From positions 20,511 to 84,510 of the IMG/VR virus record IMGVR_UViG_3300044846_001970: a DNA stretch of 64,000 nucleotides; one strand, 5' to 3'. The DNA is from a virus. The first letter of the stretch is position 1, and every line of letters begins with the position of its first letter. A model generated the notes under the pieces. The model was given only the letters and a program-made list of their open reading frames with translations, did no database searches and was not told the origin of the DNA. Positions 30,035 through 41,070 of the stretch are shown in pieces. The translations under genes were made by a program, and so were the position numbers.

Positions 30035-31051
30035 TTATGAATTCCAATATTTTTCAACAGCTGCATTAAGATCTTTTAAAATATCCTCATTTAAAGGATT
30101 TTTTAAATGCTCTACAACATCTGATACATTCCTACCAAGCAAAGAATTTGATTTTGCATGATAAATATAACCATCAGCCTTTGGTATAATATACTTAAAA
30201 AAACTGGAATCTCTAACAATTGATTTAAGTTTTAATGTTTCCATATCCATTGTTGCAGTTTCCATAAAGGATTTAGCTGCTCTTTCTTTATTATTTTCTC
30301 CACCATCACCATTAATATATCTATCCATATTTTCATAGATAACATCATTAGGTGTTGATTTTCTATATTGTGTACTATCTATATCTACAACTTTTGCAAT
30401 GTAGAATAACTTAGTACTGTTTTTATCAAATAATTTCTGAAGTTCAGATAATGCTTTATTTCTCATTTTCTTATATTCAGTTCTTGCCATTACAGTTTCT
30501 TCTGTTTTATCTAAATAAAACTTAGGAGCTGTAGGTCTTGATCTTGCATCTTCAAAGCTTTTTGCAACAATTGCAAAACCACCTGCTTCAATTGCATGCA
30601 ATTTAATCCTATCATAAGGATCTTGTGGATCTAAGTATACTGGTTGATTACCACAAGCAATACTAATTCTATTCCAGAATTCAGCATTATCAGGTCTAAG
30701 CAACTTTACTTTATTCCAAAAATCTTTATCTTCAACATCAATAACATTTGCTATAAGTTCTTTTTCTAACTCACATACTGCAGATCTTATTTCTTTAATT
30801 CTTGCATCTCTATCTTCAGTATTCATTAATCTAATGTCTGGAGCAAATTCATTAAGTCCTGTTAAGTACCTAGTTACACCATTATTTTCTAAGCATGCCA
30901 ATTGTTCATGATGAGTTACTCCATCAAATAAAGACATACCATATTCTTCTAATCCCATATTAGAAGCATTACTGTCAAAGAACGGGCGGACTGCAATTGC
31001 TGTTTTTTTAACAGAGTCTTTGCGGGTCTCAATCATTGTGAAATTTTCCAT
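30035..31051 (-). CDS. Conserved crAss-like protein downstream of major capsid gene
   Basis: 338 aa; position immediately after MCP, YLTGL and FYLD motifs. Confidence 0.6.
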   Translation of the reverse strand: MENFTMIETRKDSVKKTAIAVRPFFDSNASNMGLEEYGMSLFDGVTHHEQLACLENNGVTRYLTGLNEFAPDIRLMNTEDRDARIKEIRSAVCELEKELIANVIDVEDKDFWNKVKLLRPDNAEFWNRISIACGNQPVYLDPQDPYDRIKLHAIEAGGFAIVAKSFEDARSRPTAPKFYLDKTEETVMARTEYKKMRNKALSELQKLFDKNSTKLFYIAKVVDIDSTQYRKSTPNDVIYENMDRYINGDGGENNKERAAKSFMETATMDMETLKLKSIVRDSSFFKYIIPKADGYIYHAKSNSLLGRNVSDVVEHLKNPLNEDILKDLNAAVEKYWNS

Positions 31052-31090
31052 TTTGTTTGGTTTTTTTTGTTGGTTAAGTAAAAGTTAAAT

Positions 31091-31121
31091 AAAAAAAAGG
31101 AGGAGTGTATCTCCTCCTTTT
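31091..31121 (-). terminator. Intrinsic terminator after major capsid gene
   Basis: aaaaggaggag-tgtat-ctcctcctttt perfect hairpin, 8-U tail on minus strand. Confidence 0.8.
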
Positions 31122-31137
31122 AGTTTGTAATTATATG

Positions 31138-32754
31138 TTAGAAAGATCCACCAGTGATTGGATTTCTCATAACTATTTTCAACACTTTAGTTGGGTCTTT
31201 TACCCATATAGCTGGCATAGTTTGAGACATCATTACACGGTAACCATTGAATTGTCCAGAGGATTGGAAGCCTTGGCTACGTCCCATGTAATCCATTGTA
31301 CCATTTTGGTACCACCACTTTAATTGGTTATCCCAAGATAATTTCAATAAGAAAATATTATCATTTGTATTATCTGTGATATCAAAGATAATGAATGAAT
31401 AAGAACTTAAAGGGAAACCATCAATGATTGGGTTCTCAATATCATTTGTATGAACATTGTCAAAAGCAGGATTCAACACAAACTTTACATTAGCCAAGAA
31501 TGGGATAACATAAGAAGTGTAAGCAAATCCAAAGTTCAAGTCCATGCCTTTTCCAGTGATAGCACCAATGTCAGCAGCTTGAATTAAAAGACCAGAAGCA
31601 ACAGCTTCAGTTCTAATAGCTTCATTTACCATACGCATTCCACCCATACCTGTCTGAACTACTAGAGAACGCTTAGGATCTGGACCTTGGAATTCAACCT
31701 TACCATTAAAGAAGTTATAAATTTCTGAACGGAATAAGTCTAATGTAAAGTTATTTTTGTTATAAATCCTTTTGAAAGAGTTATCCAACTGTTTCCAAAG
31801 ACCTACTGATAACCTTAGATCATCTGGACCATCTTGACGTACTCTACCACCTTGACCCCACATTAAGTAAGTTTCAATGTCAGTAGCAATTTTAGACAAG
31901 TGAGCAGATTCCATAGCAGTAAGGAAAGTTCTAGATAAGTCACCATTATCAAATGCTTTCTTAACTTTATCTTTACCCATTACTTTAACCATATCTTCTA
32001 AAGAAGAAACAGAAGGATCCATTTGCTTATCAAATGTTCTCCAGATTTCAGTTACAGGAACTGTACCATCTGCATTCATTCCACCTTTGATCATTAAGTC
32101 TGCTCTTGAAGAGATAGAATAATGTACGTGAGCTTCTGCACCACCAACAAAGTTATAGAATTCACGGAATCCTGTTCTTGTTGTAATGTCAGAGAATCTT
32201 TCACCATACTCACCTCTTGCAGAACCTTTGCGGAATAACTTAGTTCCATTAGCCAAATACTTATTGTCAATGTACTTAAAGTTATCATTGTTAACAAGTT
32301 GTACTGTGTAAATAAAACCATCACCTAAAGGAAGAATATCCTCTGCAGTGATGTACATCTCTACACCATTGTATTTGTCATAAGTGATGATATCACCATG
32401 TCCAAACTCACGTCTGCTTAATTTGATACGGAAGGTTGTTCCATCTATACCTTTAAAGTCATTAGATGCTTCAATGTCTTCTATAATGTAAGGAAGATCT
32501 ATAGAGACAGGAGTCTGCCACTTGTACTCTCCACGAGCATTATCTACATTGATAACATTTTTCCCACCAAAACTTGACATTTGGTAAAGAGGCATTTGTA
32601 CCTTTTGAGCCATAGCCCACAAATCCACTGGACCTAAATCCATTGGCTCTGCATCTTTTAGCATATTCACCAGGTGGTAAGAATCCACATGGGAACTTGC
32701 ATTGTAAGCGGTATCCCGGAGGAAAATACCATTGTTCATTACTGGAGTTGCCAT
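31138..32754 (-). CDS. Major capsid protein (crAss-like)
   Basis: 538 aa, after portal and acidic protein, followed by a strong terminator; G.W.QL, V.TG.GG, NP.FD motifs. Confidence 0.85.
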   Translation of the reverse strand: MATPVMNNGIFLRDTAYNASSHVDSYHLVNMLKDAEPMDLGPVDLWAMAQKVQMPLYQMSSFGGKNVINVDNARGEYKWQTPVSIDLPYIIEDIEASNDFKGIDGTTFRIKLSRREFGHGDIITYDKYNGVEMYITAEDILPLGDGFIYTVQLVNNDNFKYIDNKYLANGTKLFRKGSARGEYGERFSDITTRTGFREFYNFVGGAEAHVHYSISSRADLMIKGGMNADGTVPVTEIWRTFDKQMDPSVSSLEDMVKVMGKDKVKKAFDNGDLSRTFLTAMESAHLSKIATDIETYLMWGQGGRVRQDGPDDLRLSVGLWKQLDNSFKRIYNKNNFTLDLFRSEIYNFFNGKVEFQGPDPKRSLVVQTGMGGMRMVNEAIRTEAVASGLLIQAADIGAITGKGMDLNFGFAYTSYVIPFLANVKFVLNPAFDNVHTNDIENPIIDGFPLSSYSFIIFDITDNTNDNIFLLKLSWDNQLKWWYQNGTMDYMGRSQGFQSSGQFNGYRVMMSQTMPAIWVKDPTKVLKIVMRNPITGGSF

Positions 32755-32780
32755 TTTTATATTTATTTAATTGTTACTAC

Positions 32781-34046
32781 TTAAAATCTCTTGAACAAAT
32801 TATTTTGTCTAGAGAGTGTCTTTTGAGGTTGTCTACTTGGAGAAGCTGTTCTTCTTTCTTCTTCTTGCTCATAATTACTTGAACCTAGTTTCCTAGACTC
32901 CTCAGTTTTTAATTTCCTTACTGTATCTTCTACAGTTTTTTTACTTCCTTGTTCTCTTACTTTACCTTTATATCCATCTGGATCTGCAAGTAACCAAAGT
33001 GCTTCTGCAATTAAGTCATGTCTTGGTTCTACAAACTGATACTTCTCTAAAAGGTGGCCTAACATATTTGTAGGTTTCCCAGATATTGAAGGATAGTTTG
33101 GTTGAACTAAACCAGAAAAAAGTAAACCTTGTGTTTTCTTATCTAGTCTAAGACCTCCTAACTCACCAGCTTGTAATGTATTAAAGACATTATCTTGATA
33201 AGCTTTTGCAGCATTTGATTGTTGTTGTCTTCTAGATTCTTGATCTGCTAGTTGTCTTTGAACAATCTCATTTTGCATTCTATCTAACTTTGGTTTAAAC
33301 TGAACAGCTTTTTGTTCTAATCTATCTAAGTCTAACCAATCTTGTATTTCTTCTTCAATTTCTTCTGGAGTTCCAAAACCAGTAGCATATAGATACTGTC
33401 TTGCAATCTCTGCTTGATCACCTTCTTCAGAAGGATCAAGTTGTCTCATTTCTTCTACTTGAGCTAATGTTCTAAATAGACCTTTAAGATCTTGTCCTCC
33501 ATCAGCTACATACTTAGCAGCATATTGAAGTTCTTCTGGTAAAGATTGATAAAATTCTTTAGGAACATCATTCCTTACTTTATCTTCTCTCTCTTGAAAG
33601 TTAGCTTCAAATAATTCTCTAAAGTCTTTAGTGGTATATTCATCTAATGATTTATCATCATCAAAAGCCATTAAAGATCCTTCTTCAATCATTTTAGTTG
33701 CTAACTCATAAAGACCAGACTTATCTACTTTTGGTCTTCCTTTATTACCAGTCTCTTCTTCTTGACTGATTAAACTATCTAATTCAGCAATAGTTTCATC
33801 AACTTCTTCTTTCTTTTCTCTTGCCTCCTCTCTTTCTTTAGGAGTGGTTTTACTCATGTCAAGGAACGCAGTGTCTACATTTTCTTTTGAAAACATAGTC
33901 TTTGGTTTATCATCTTCTTCCTTAGAGGGAAGCATTACACTTTCTGCTCCAGGGTTTCCAAATATCTCATCAATATTTACATCTACTTGACCTACCGTTG
34001 TAGTGTCTAAAAACTGAGTTTCCCCAGTATTTGTTACATTATCCAT
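32781..34046 (-). CDS. Acidic coiled-coil scaffold-like protein
   Basis: D/E-rich, between portal and MCP. Confidence 0.6.
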   Translation of the reverse strand: MDNVTNTGETQFLDTTTVGQVDVNIDEIFGNPGAESVMLPSKEEDDKPKTMFSKENVDTAFLDMSKTTPKEREEAREKKEEVDETIAELDSLISQEEETGNKGRPKVDKSGLYELATKMIEEGSLMAFDDDKSLDEYTTKDFRELFEANFQEREDKVRNDVPKEFYQSLPEELQYAAKYVADGGQDLKGLFRTLAQVEEMRQLDPSEEGDQAEIARQYLYATGFGTPEEIEEEIQDWLDLDRLEQKAVQFKPKLDRMQNEIVQRQLADQESRRQQQSNAAKAYQDNVFNTLQAGELGGLRLDKKTQGLLFSGLVQPNYPSISGKPTNMLGHLLEKYQFVEPRHDLIAEALWLLADPDGYKGKVREQGSKKTVEDTVRKLKTEESRKLGSSNYEQEEERRTASPSRQPQKTLSRQNNLFKRF

Positions 34047-34141
34047 AATTGTTGGTTTTTTATGTTATACTTTAATATACAAATTAAACTTGAAAAATTT
34101 AAAAGTAAAAAATAATTATTTAGCACTATATAGCTAACCCC

Positions 34142-36889
34142 TTATTTCTTTTTCACTTCTCCTCCTTTATCAAATTTATTTTTATTTACTCTTGCTATTT
34201 CAAGTTGCTTATTTGCTATATCTCTTTGAACATTAAGCTTCTCTCTTTCTAAATCTATTTTGTTTCTATCAATAATCATTCTATTAGTATCCTTATCTCT
34301 TTGTAAAGATGTTTGAGCTTCATACTGTTCAGTCTGTCTAATATCTTTCATAGCATCTTGATAGTCAGATATTTCATTTTTATTAACATCTTGCATTGCT
34401 CCAAAACCTGCTGATCTAATTTCAGCAACAAGCACTTCATTTTGTCTATCTTTTTCTTTCTGAGTTTCCTCATAAGTTCTTCTAAGTTGTGCTTCCTCTG
34501 CATCTGCTTTAATTTTTTGTTCTTGCATTTGTTGTTGAGACTGCATCTCTTGTTCTTTCTGCTGTTTTAGTTTATTCTCAGAATCTTTAAGTACTGTATT
34601 AAGTTCAGCAATGGAATCAGATTGTACAATTTTACCAAGATCATATACTGATGCTCCTGTAGTATTGTTATTCATAGCCATTTGTTTTAATTGTTCTAAG
34701 ATGGCTCTATGGTTTGCAGTTGTACTACAGAAGATATTAAGATCTCTCATTAATAAATCAGTACCATTTATTTCAAAATTAACCTTTTCATCAGCTGATG
34801 TAACATAAGTTAATCTTGCTGAAGGATTTGTTGAATTATAATACTGAGCTAAGTCAGTTCTCATTTGATGTACTCTTGGCATTAAGTAATCACAGTGTTG
34901 TATAAAGAATACTTCTGTTTGTGCATAAGAAGCACTTTGTGCTTGTTCTACTCCAGTAGCAGTCATCTGAGATAACTGTTGTCCCATTCTTTGTGCATTA
35001 ACACCAATCACTTCATATGCTTGTTGTTTAAAATGGTTTGCTAAGTTTACTCTTGACATTAATCTTTCTGTCTGAGATAGATCTAGTTTTTGGAAATGAT
35101 TAAAGTTAAGAGCATTCTCTGTATTAGTAATAGATGTATCTAAAGGAAGCATTCCAAAATTCTTCATTGCTACATATGCTTTAGATAAATTACCTTTTCC
35201 CCAGTCTTCTCCTAAAGAGTGTCTAGGAAGAGTGTTCTGGTCTAACATGATAATAGTACCTAACTCATCTACTAATATGTCAGCAATCTGGTTATTTACT
35301 ATGTTATATCCAATCTGGAATGGCTTCATTAAATCAATGAGTGCAGTTGACTTAGTATTTCTATCAGAGAATACTGCACCTTCTACAGGAAGTTTACAAC
35401 CATATAAAGTACTATCACCTTTAAATTGAAACTTAAGTGGTCCAATTTTTTTCTTTTCTACACCAATATACATAGGTGTAAATCCTCCTGGATTATTCAT
35501 ACCCCAGAAAGAAGGAATATTTGGTCCTATCTTTACACCACCCCATACTTCATTAATCCAGATCCAATCTATGTGTTCACCAAATATTAAATTATCTTTA
35601 GTTTTATTTTTATTTAATCTAGTATCATAAATAGGTTTAATAGTTGTCTTGTAATTTTCATCTACAATTTCCATTTGAACTTCACCTTCATCAGTAACAA
35701 GTATTAAATGGCCAACTTTTCTTTGAGACTTCCAATATACTGTTGTGCAACGTAATAAATAAGCAGTACCTTGATTATAGTAATCTTCACTTTCAGCTAA
35801 TATCTCAGTAATAATATCTCCTCCGCTAACTACAGCTCCTCCCATTGCAGTTGTATATTGTCTCATTGCAAGAGATGGCATGTTAGTATTCCAATCATGA
35901 GTCTTAGTACCATCATAGAAAGTACCATCATTTTGATAACCACCAATATTATAACCAGCAGATCTAATAGGATAAATAGCTTCTAATGCAACCATTTGTT
36001 CTTCATCCATTAAATATCCATATTTATCTAGAGCATCAGAAGGAGTTAACATATCTGTTTTACCTACCCAGTTAGCTTGAGATATGTATCTTGCATCTGG
36101 AGATTTATGATAAAAAGTTACAGCAGGATTCCATAGCTCTACTTCATAGTCATCTTCCATCATTCTCATATGCCAGAATTCTCTGTCAGTAATAAGCATA
36201 TCTCTGAATGCTCTTTCCTCAAGTTCATTCATACCAAATCTTTCAACATCTACTTTATGTTGGTGAGTAGCCCACTCTTCTACCATAGATCTATAATCTT
36301 TTCTAAAGAACATTTCTATTTCTGGAAGAGATTTTAATTTATCATCTGCTGTTTCTTGTTGAAATTCTTCTGATGCAGGATCCATTCCTTGATCCATAAG
36401 AGCAGATGCTATTTTTAATTTAGCATCAGATAAAAGAACTTCTTCTACCATGGCTCTTTTTTGCTCAAGCATTTCATTATAAGATGTATCATCTACTGCC
36501 CGGTATGTAAGTTTAGTAGATCTCTTTGCAAATTCAGCTACTAAAACATTAATAACATTTGGAATAATAGGATAAAACTTTAACTCTAATGCAGATTCAT
36601 CTTCTTTAGTAAGTACTTCTACAATATCTCTGTACTCATTATTATCTTCAACTATATAATCAGACTTATCTATAATACCTTTTGCAAGCTTATAATTCTT
36701 CATTAGCCTACGGGCATTTCTGCGGAGTTGTTTAAGACCTTGCCATTCAACCCAATCTAAATTCCATGCAGCCCATCTATCATCTTTTTCTTCTTTGGAT
36801 AAAAATTGAAGTGGTTGGGTAATACTACCCATTCTATTAGTTTCAACTTTGGCTCCTGCTTTAGCCTGAAGTGCATTAATTATTTTCAT
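34142..36889 (-). CDS. Portal protein
   Basis: 915 aa after terminase; FYPIIPNVINVL.AE, WINEVW.G.KIG, LIDLMKPFQ motifs; Q-rich coiled-coil tail. Confidence 0.85.
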   Translation of the reverse strand: MKIINALQAKAGAKVETNRMGSITQPLQFLSKEEKDDRWAAWNLDWVEWQGLKQLRRNARRLMKNYKLAKGIIDKSDYIVEDNNEYRDIVEVLTKEDESALELKFYPIIPNVINVLVAEFAKRSTKLTYRAVDDTSYNEMLEQKRAMVEEVLLSDAKLKIASALMDQGMDPASEEFQQETADDKLKSLPEIEMFFRKDYRSMVEEWATHQHKVDVERFGMNELEERAFRDMLITDREFWHMRMMEDDYEVELWNPAVTFYHKSPDARYISQANWVGKTDMLTPSDALDKYGYLMDEEQMVALEAIYPIRSAGYNIGGYQNDGTFYDGTKTHDWNTNMPSLAMRQYTTAMGGAVVSGGDIITEILAESEDYYNQGTAYLLRCTTVYWKSQRKVGHLILVTDEGEVQMEIVDENYKTTIKPIYDTRLNKNKTKDNLIFGEHIDWIWINEVWGGVKIGPNIPSFWGMNNPGGFTPMYIGVEKKKIGPLKFQFKGDSTLYGCKLPVEGAVFSDRNTKSTALIDLMKPFQIGYNIVNNQIADILVDELGTIIMLDQNTLPRHSLGEDWGKGNLSKAYVAMKNFGMLPLDTSITNTENALNFNHFQKLDLSQTERLMSRVNLANHFKQQAYEVIGVNAQRMGQQLSQMTATGVEQAQSASYAQTEVFFIQHCDYLMPRVHQMRTDLAQYYNSTNPSARLTYVTSADEKVNFEINGTDLLMRDLNIFCSTTANHRAILEQLKQMAMNNNTTGASVYDLGKIVQSDSIAELNTVLKDSENKLKQQKEQEMQSQQQMQEQKIKADAEEAQLRRTYEETQKEKDRQNEVLVAEIRSAGFGAMQDVNKNEISDYQDAMKDIRQTEQYEAQTSLQRDKDTNRMIIDRNKIDLEREKLNVQRDIANKQLEIARVNKNKFDKGGEVKKK

Positions 36890-36894
36890 AATAT

Positions 36895-39078
36895 TTATTT
36901 AAAGTTCTTAAATGCGGATCTTTTTAAATTGGATCCTACATTACGAAAAGGATTCCTATTTAATTTAAACAAATTTTCTGACTTTTGCAAGTTTTTAGCT
37001 GCATCATCCATAATAACTCTTTTAGAATATCCCTTATTTGCTTGTTGTATTCTCATAAATGCAACCATTGCAGAAAATGCAACTAGTCTATCCACATTGA
37101 GTCCATCTGTGTAGGCATGCATTTCTTTTAGTAACATTATATCTGGTATTCTTTCTACACCATATGTAGTTCTTACTATAGTCCCATCAGGTTTAGTTAC
37201 TGTATCTAATTCTTCTTTACAGTATTCTATGACATAACTTAATAAGTGATGTTTAAATAGTACTCCTGTATTTCTCCAACCATACTCCTGGAAGACGTTA
37301 GCATTTGCACCTAAGTCTTTTAAGAACATAATCTGATTTTTGGGAACAAGATACTTCTGTCTTTTCCTAGATATCATATATAAGATAAACAAAGAAATGT
37401 TATTCTCAATTACAGTCTGAGCATTATACCACTCTATGATCATCTCTAATCTTTCATGTGTTTGTTTGATATCATCAAATCTTCCACACCATGCAGCTAC
37501 TATTTTATCTTGTTCTATGTAAGTTTCTGAATCCCCTGCTGTATGTTTAGTTACTTCTATAGGAGCTTTCATAACATAGATAGAACATAATGAATCTGAA
37601 GTAGTTGTCTTTCCCTCAGCTACAGGGTCAATAGATGCATAGTACTGACCATATTCAGGATCTTTAATAGGTCTTTCCCATACAACTAAACATCCAGTTT
37701 TATCTTCAGTCTTTTTACTTATTGGAAATTCAGATATTGGTAACTTATTACTTGTCTTAACTTTAATCTTTCCTATTTCATCTCTAGATATATCTAGATA
37801 TTCATATGGATATTCTTTATCTTCTATTCTTCTTATTTGTGCAGTAACAAGATGTGATGGAAACTTAGATACTTTTCTATGTTTAAATGCTTCTGCTATA
37901 TTTCTAGGGTGCTGAGATATTTCTAACTGATAATCTTCAGGGTCCATAGATTTCTTTATCTTCTCAAAATAATCATCTAATGCTTGTAATGCTTCTTCTA
38001 CAAGTGAATTACCATAATCATCTATGTAAGGAGGCATTGACCATTGTTCTGGAATAAATAAACCTGACTTGCCTAAAGTACCTTGCTCATCTAGTAAGTC
38101 TGTATCTACAGAAAATATATCATTAGCTTCTGGATCTAGAATCATTTTCTTTAAAGGTTCACATTGATCTAAGTCACCCACTGATCCTGCTGCAATAAAT
38201 AAACCTGTAGTAATCATACCTGATTTAAGAGCAGGTTTAATGTATCCATATGTTGTATTCATCTTTGGAGCAATACCGGCCTCTTCATGGAAGAAGTATT
38301 TAACTGGTCCACCTACTCCATTTGTTGGATCTTTATCAAAAGACATTCCTTGTAAAGTTCCTTTTAATCCTACTTCAGCTTTTCTATCTCCTTTTCTTAC
38401 TTCAATCTTTTGTTGCCACATCATTACTTTATCTGGTGACATTGGTCTATACCAAGCAGTGTGCTCATTTAAGAATGCAGCATATTCATTTAGAAATTTC
38501 CAAGTACCTTTCTCATTAATGTAATCTTTAAGACTTGCCCCCATCTTTAAGGTAACCCCTGCTTCAAACCATAACTGATTAATTAGTTTTCCTGCATGAA
38601 AATAACTAGATGCAATCTGTCTTTTCTTTAGTATAGCAGCATGTAAATAGAATAGTTCTGCAAGCACTTCATATAATGCCATATGATATTGTGCATCCCT
38701 TATTTGAGCAAAGTCAAATTTCTGTTGTTCCTTATCAAAGATTGGTAAGAAGTTTAACCACATATAATAATCTCTGGTAAGATACCATGTTTTATTATCT
38801 GATTTAATTAATACTCCTAGTCTGCATTTATTTTTTTGATCATCCCAGTAATTAACAAAGTCTCTGGATTTAAATGGTGCAGTACAGTATACTTTAGTTT
38901 CTCTAAACTTTCTAGACTCAGCAATAAATATTTCATTGGTTACTTCATTAAATTCATATTTTCCAGGTTCTCTAAATATAGAAAATAAAAAGTCTCTCCA
39001 CTCATCTCTTGATTCAAAAGTTGTTGTTGTCCATGTACCATTATCCCATGTGGGAATATCTTTATAAATATCATCCAT
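36895..39078 (-). CDS. terL: Terminase large subunit
   Basis: LKKRQIASSY Walker A variant, FFHEEAG Walker B, ASIDP RNase H nuclease, NVDRLVA. Confidence 0.9.
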   Translation of the reverse strand: MDDIYKDIPTWDNGTWTTTTFESRDEWRDFLFSIFREPGKYEFNEVTNEIFIAESRKFRETKVYCTAPFKSRDFVNYWDDQKNKCRLGVLIKSDNKTWYLTRDYYMWLNFLPIFDKEQQKFDFAQIRDAQYHMALYEVLAELFYLHAAILKKRQIASSYFHAGKLINQLWFEAGVTLKMGASLKDYINEKGTWKFLNEYAAFLNEHTAWYRPMSPDKVMMWQQKIEVRKGDRKAEVGLKGTLQGMSFDKDPTNGVGGPVKYFFHEEAGIAPKMNTTYGYIKPALKSGMITTGLFIAAGSVGDLDQCEPLKKMILDPEANDIFSVDTDLLDEQGTLGKSGLFIPEQWSMPPYIDDYGNSLVEEALQALDDYFEKIKKSMDPEDYQLEISQHPRNIAEAFKHRKVSKFPSHLVTAQIRRIEDKEYPYEYLDISRDEIGKIKVKTSNKLPISEFPISKKTEDKTGCLVVWERPIKDPEYGQYYASIDPVAEGKTTTSDSLCSIYVMKAPIEVTKHTAGDSETYIEQDKIVAAWCGRFDDIKQTHERLEMIIEWYNAQTVIENNISLFILYMISRKRQKYLVPKNQIMFLKDLGANANVFQEYGWRNTGVLFKHHLLSYVIEYCKEELDTVTKPDGTIVRTTYGVERIPDIMLLKEMHAYTDGLNVDRLVAFSAMVAFMRIQQANKGYSKRVIMDDAAKNLQKSENLFKLNRNPFRNVGSNLKRSAFKNFK

Positions 39079-39080
39079 AA

Positions 39081-39596
39081 TTAACTGTCATATGCTAGAC
39101 CTTGACCACCTCTTACTTTACTAGATTGTTCTTCTTGTAAATCTTTATATACTCCTTTAAATGAAGCTCTAATCTGATCAAAGTTTTTAGCTGCAGCAAC
39201 TATAGAATTTATATTACCATCTCTTCCATCTGTAATAGGAGTATTCTCCATATATCTACCTAATCTATCTAACATAGATGCAATACCTTTATATGCTCTA
39301 GATGTTGGTGTCTCATACATTCTTTTACAAAATTCTAAAGCAACATGTATGTCATCATCTTCTAATGAAAAATCTCCATTTATTTCTTTCATAACTAAAT
39401 ACTCTTTGTCTATATCAGGTGCATAGAAAAAAGGATTCATATCTGGATTAGGACATGTCATATAAAACAAATACAAGTAAATCTTAAGATGTTCTTCTGG
39501 ATAGTTATCCATTATATCTTTTAAAGCTTTTAGTGTATAGCAATGTTCTGTTGGTACTACAATACCATTTTGTACATCAAATAGTCTTACTAACAT
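39081..39596 (-). CDS. Conserved protein upstream of terminase (possible small subunit)
   Basis: 171 aa, C-terminal coiled coil and KVRGG; position. Confidence 0.5.
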   Translation of the reverse strand: MLVRLFDVQNGIVVPTEHCYTLKALKDIMDNYPEEHLKIYLYLFYMTCPNPDMNPFFYAPDIDKEYLVMKEINGDFSLEDDDIHVALEFCKRMYETPTSRAYKGIASMLDRLGRYMENTPITDGRDGNINSIVAAAKNFDQIRASFKGVYKDLQEEQSSKVRGGQGLAYDS

Positions 39597-39597
39597 A

Positions 39598-40428
39598 TTA
39601 TTTCTTTTTAATTGGATTATCTTTCATATAATTTATAATAGCAAGAACTTCATCATAAAGATAAGGTACTGACATTAAAGTAAGATCTTTAACTATAGGA
39701 TCTCCATTATCTAAATACTTAGTTATTGGATATCCAAACTCATCTTTACCTTCTTCTTCAAAAGATATATGTTGTATAAATATTCTACCAGGAATTAACT
39801 TAGGATTATGTTTTATTATAATGTACATATAAATACTTAATTGTAAAGCATAATGATTAAAATTACAGTCATCAAGATGTGTTAATGGAAAAGATAATTT
39901 TTCAGATACACCTTCCCAATTTTTAAAAGATTCTGTTTTAATTTCTTTATTAGTTTTATAATCTATAATATTTACTTTATTATTAATTACTTCAACAAAA
40001 TCTGATTGCCCACATATACCTGCTGATTTAAGATATACCATATGTTCAGGATATACTCCTGGATCTAATTTTTGTGAAGGTGCAATTCTAATACCATTAG
40101 TTTCTCCAGAAGGAGGGAATACAGGAATTACTATACCTTCTCTTTCCATAGATGATAATCCACATATATCAGATTCTCTTTGATTATGATAGAAAGTACC
40201 TAGGGTCATAGCTCTATCTGATTCACTATTCCATATAGCTTCAATAGCAATAGGATCAATTCCAAACCATTTAGATTTTTTACTTTTAGTTACCTTAGCA
40301 GCTACTGCTTTAGCATCAAAAGGTTTTTTAAAATGAGATACTAGTGTAGTAACACTTATCCAATTAATTTTATCAGAATCATGTATACTCTTGTAACTAT
40401 GATCTGAGGCTTGAAATACTATACTCAT
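39598..40428 (-). CDS. PD-(D/E)XK nuclease (Cas4/RecB-like)
   Basis: SVTT...GT.YH...ICGQSD...IIDYKTN...YALQLSIY. Confidence 0.85.
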   Translation of the reverse strand: MSIVFQASDHSYKSIHDSDKINWISVTTLVSHFKKPFDAKAVAAKVTKSKKSKWFGIDPIAIEAIWNSESDRAMTLGTFYHNQRESDICGLSSMEREGIVIPVFPPSGETNGIRIAPSQKLDPGVYPEHMVYLKSAGICGQSDFVEVINNKVNIIDYKTNKEIKTESFKNWEGVSEKLSFPLTHLDDCNFNHYALQLSIYMYIIIKHNPKLIPGRIFIQHISFEEEGKDEFGYPITKYLDNGDPIVKDLTLMSVPYLYDEVLAIINYMKDNPIKKK

Positions 40429-40715
40429 AACTCATCTAGTTTATCTTCTTGTTTTTCTGTAATAACTTTTGTCCATTTATTTAGTGGACAATTAGAAGAC
40501 AATGATCTTGTTTTAAATGCTAATGAACAACCACATTCATTACAACAAGGTCCTGTTCCTTTTACAGCACACTTTTTACCTTTACTTGGACACTCTGCAC
40601 ATATATCATTTCTTAGTGAAGCTACATGTTCTACAAAATCATCTCTAACAATACTATTGGTTATGCCTTCAATTATCTTTTTGCGGTCCTTCCAAATTTC
40701 TTTTAATGTATTCAT
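40425..40715 (-). CDS. Cys-rich Zn-finger protein
   Basis: R..IC..CP...CC.ECGC.L..K.RSLS..CP..KW. Confidence 0.7.
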   Translation of the reverse strand: MNTLKEIWKDRKKIIEGITNSIVRDDFVEHVASLRNDICAECPSKGKKCAVKGTGPCCNECGCSLAFKTRSLSSNCPLNKWTKVITEKQEDKLDEL

Positions 40716-41070
40716 CTTTTAAGTTTTGAATTTTTTCTTTCTTTAATTCTAGTAAAACTATTTTTTTTTCAATTTCAGTTAAAGCAACAATTTTTTCCTC
40801 TAACATTTTTTTATTATAGTATGCACTAAATGTAGATGTATCATGAGTTTCTAAGATTTTTTTATATCTTGGAATTGCTTTTCTAACTGAATAAGTTCTT
40901 ATAGCAAATTGTCCTAAACCATCAATATTAATTCTAGGATGTTTAAGTTCTGTTAAATTTGATCTTACTTCTTTATAATAAAACTCTACAAAGTCTTGTA
41001 TTAAATCTTCAGAAAGATTTAGATCTTCAGAAATTTCTTTATATAAAGTTCTAGATTTTTTTGGAATCAT
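40669..41070 (-). CDS. HU/IHF-like DNA-binding protein
   Basis: Helix pair then RINIDGLGQF. Confidence 0.6.
   Translation of the reverse strand: MIPKKSRTLYKEISEDLNLSEDLIQDFVEFYYKEVRSNLTELKHPRINIDGLGQFAIRTYSVRKAIPRYKKILETHDTSTFSAYYNKKMLEEKIVALTEIEKKIVLLELKKEKIQNLKDEYIKRNLEGPQKDN

Noticed and set aside
31138-39078. Introns or inteins in terminase, portal or MCP
   Set aside because: Continuous ORFs of ordinary size, with no intein splice motifs or embedded homing endonuclease.
39598-40428. Cas4 as part of a CRISPR system
   Set aside because: It is a stand-alone PD-(D/E)XK nuclease without the four-Cys Fe-S pattern, in a slot near the terminase; no other cas genes.
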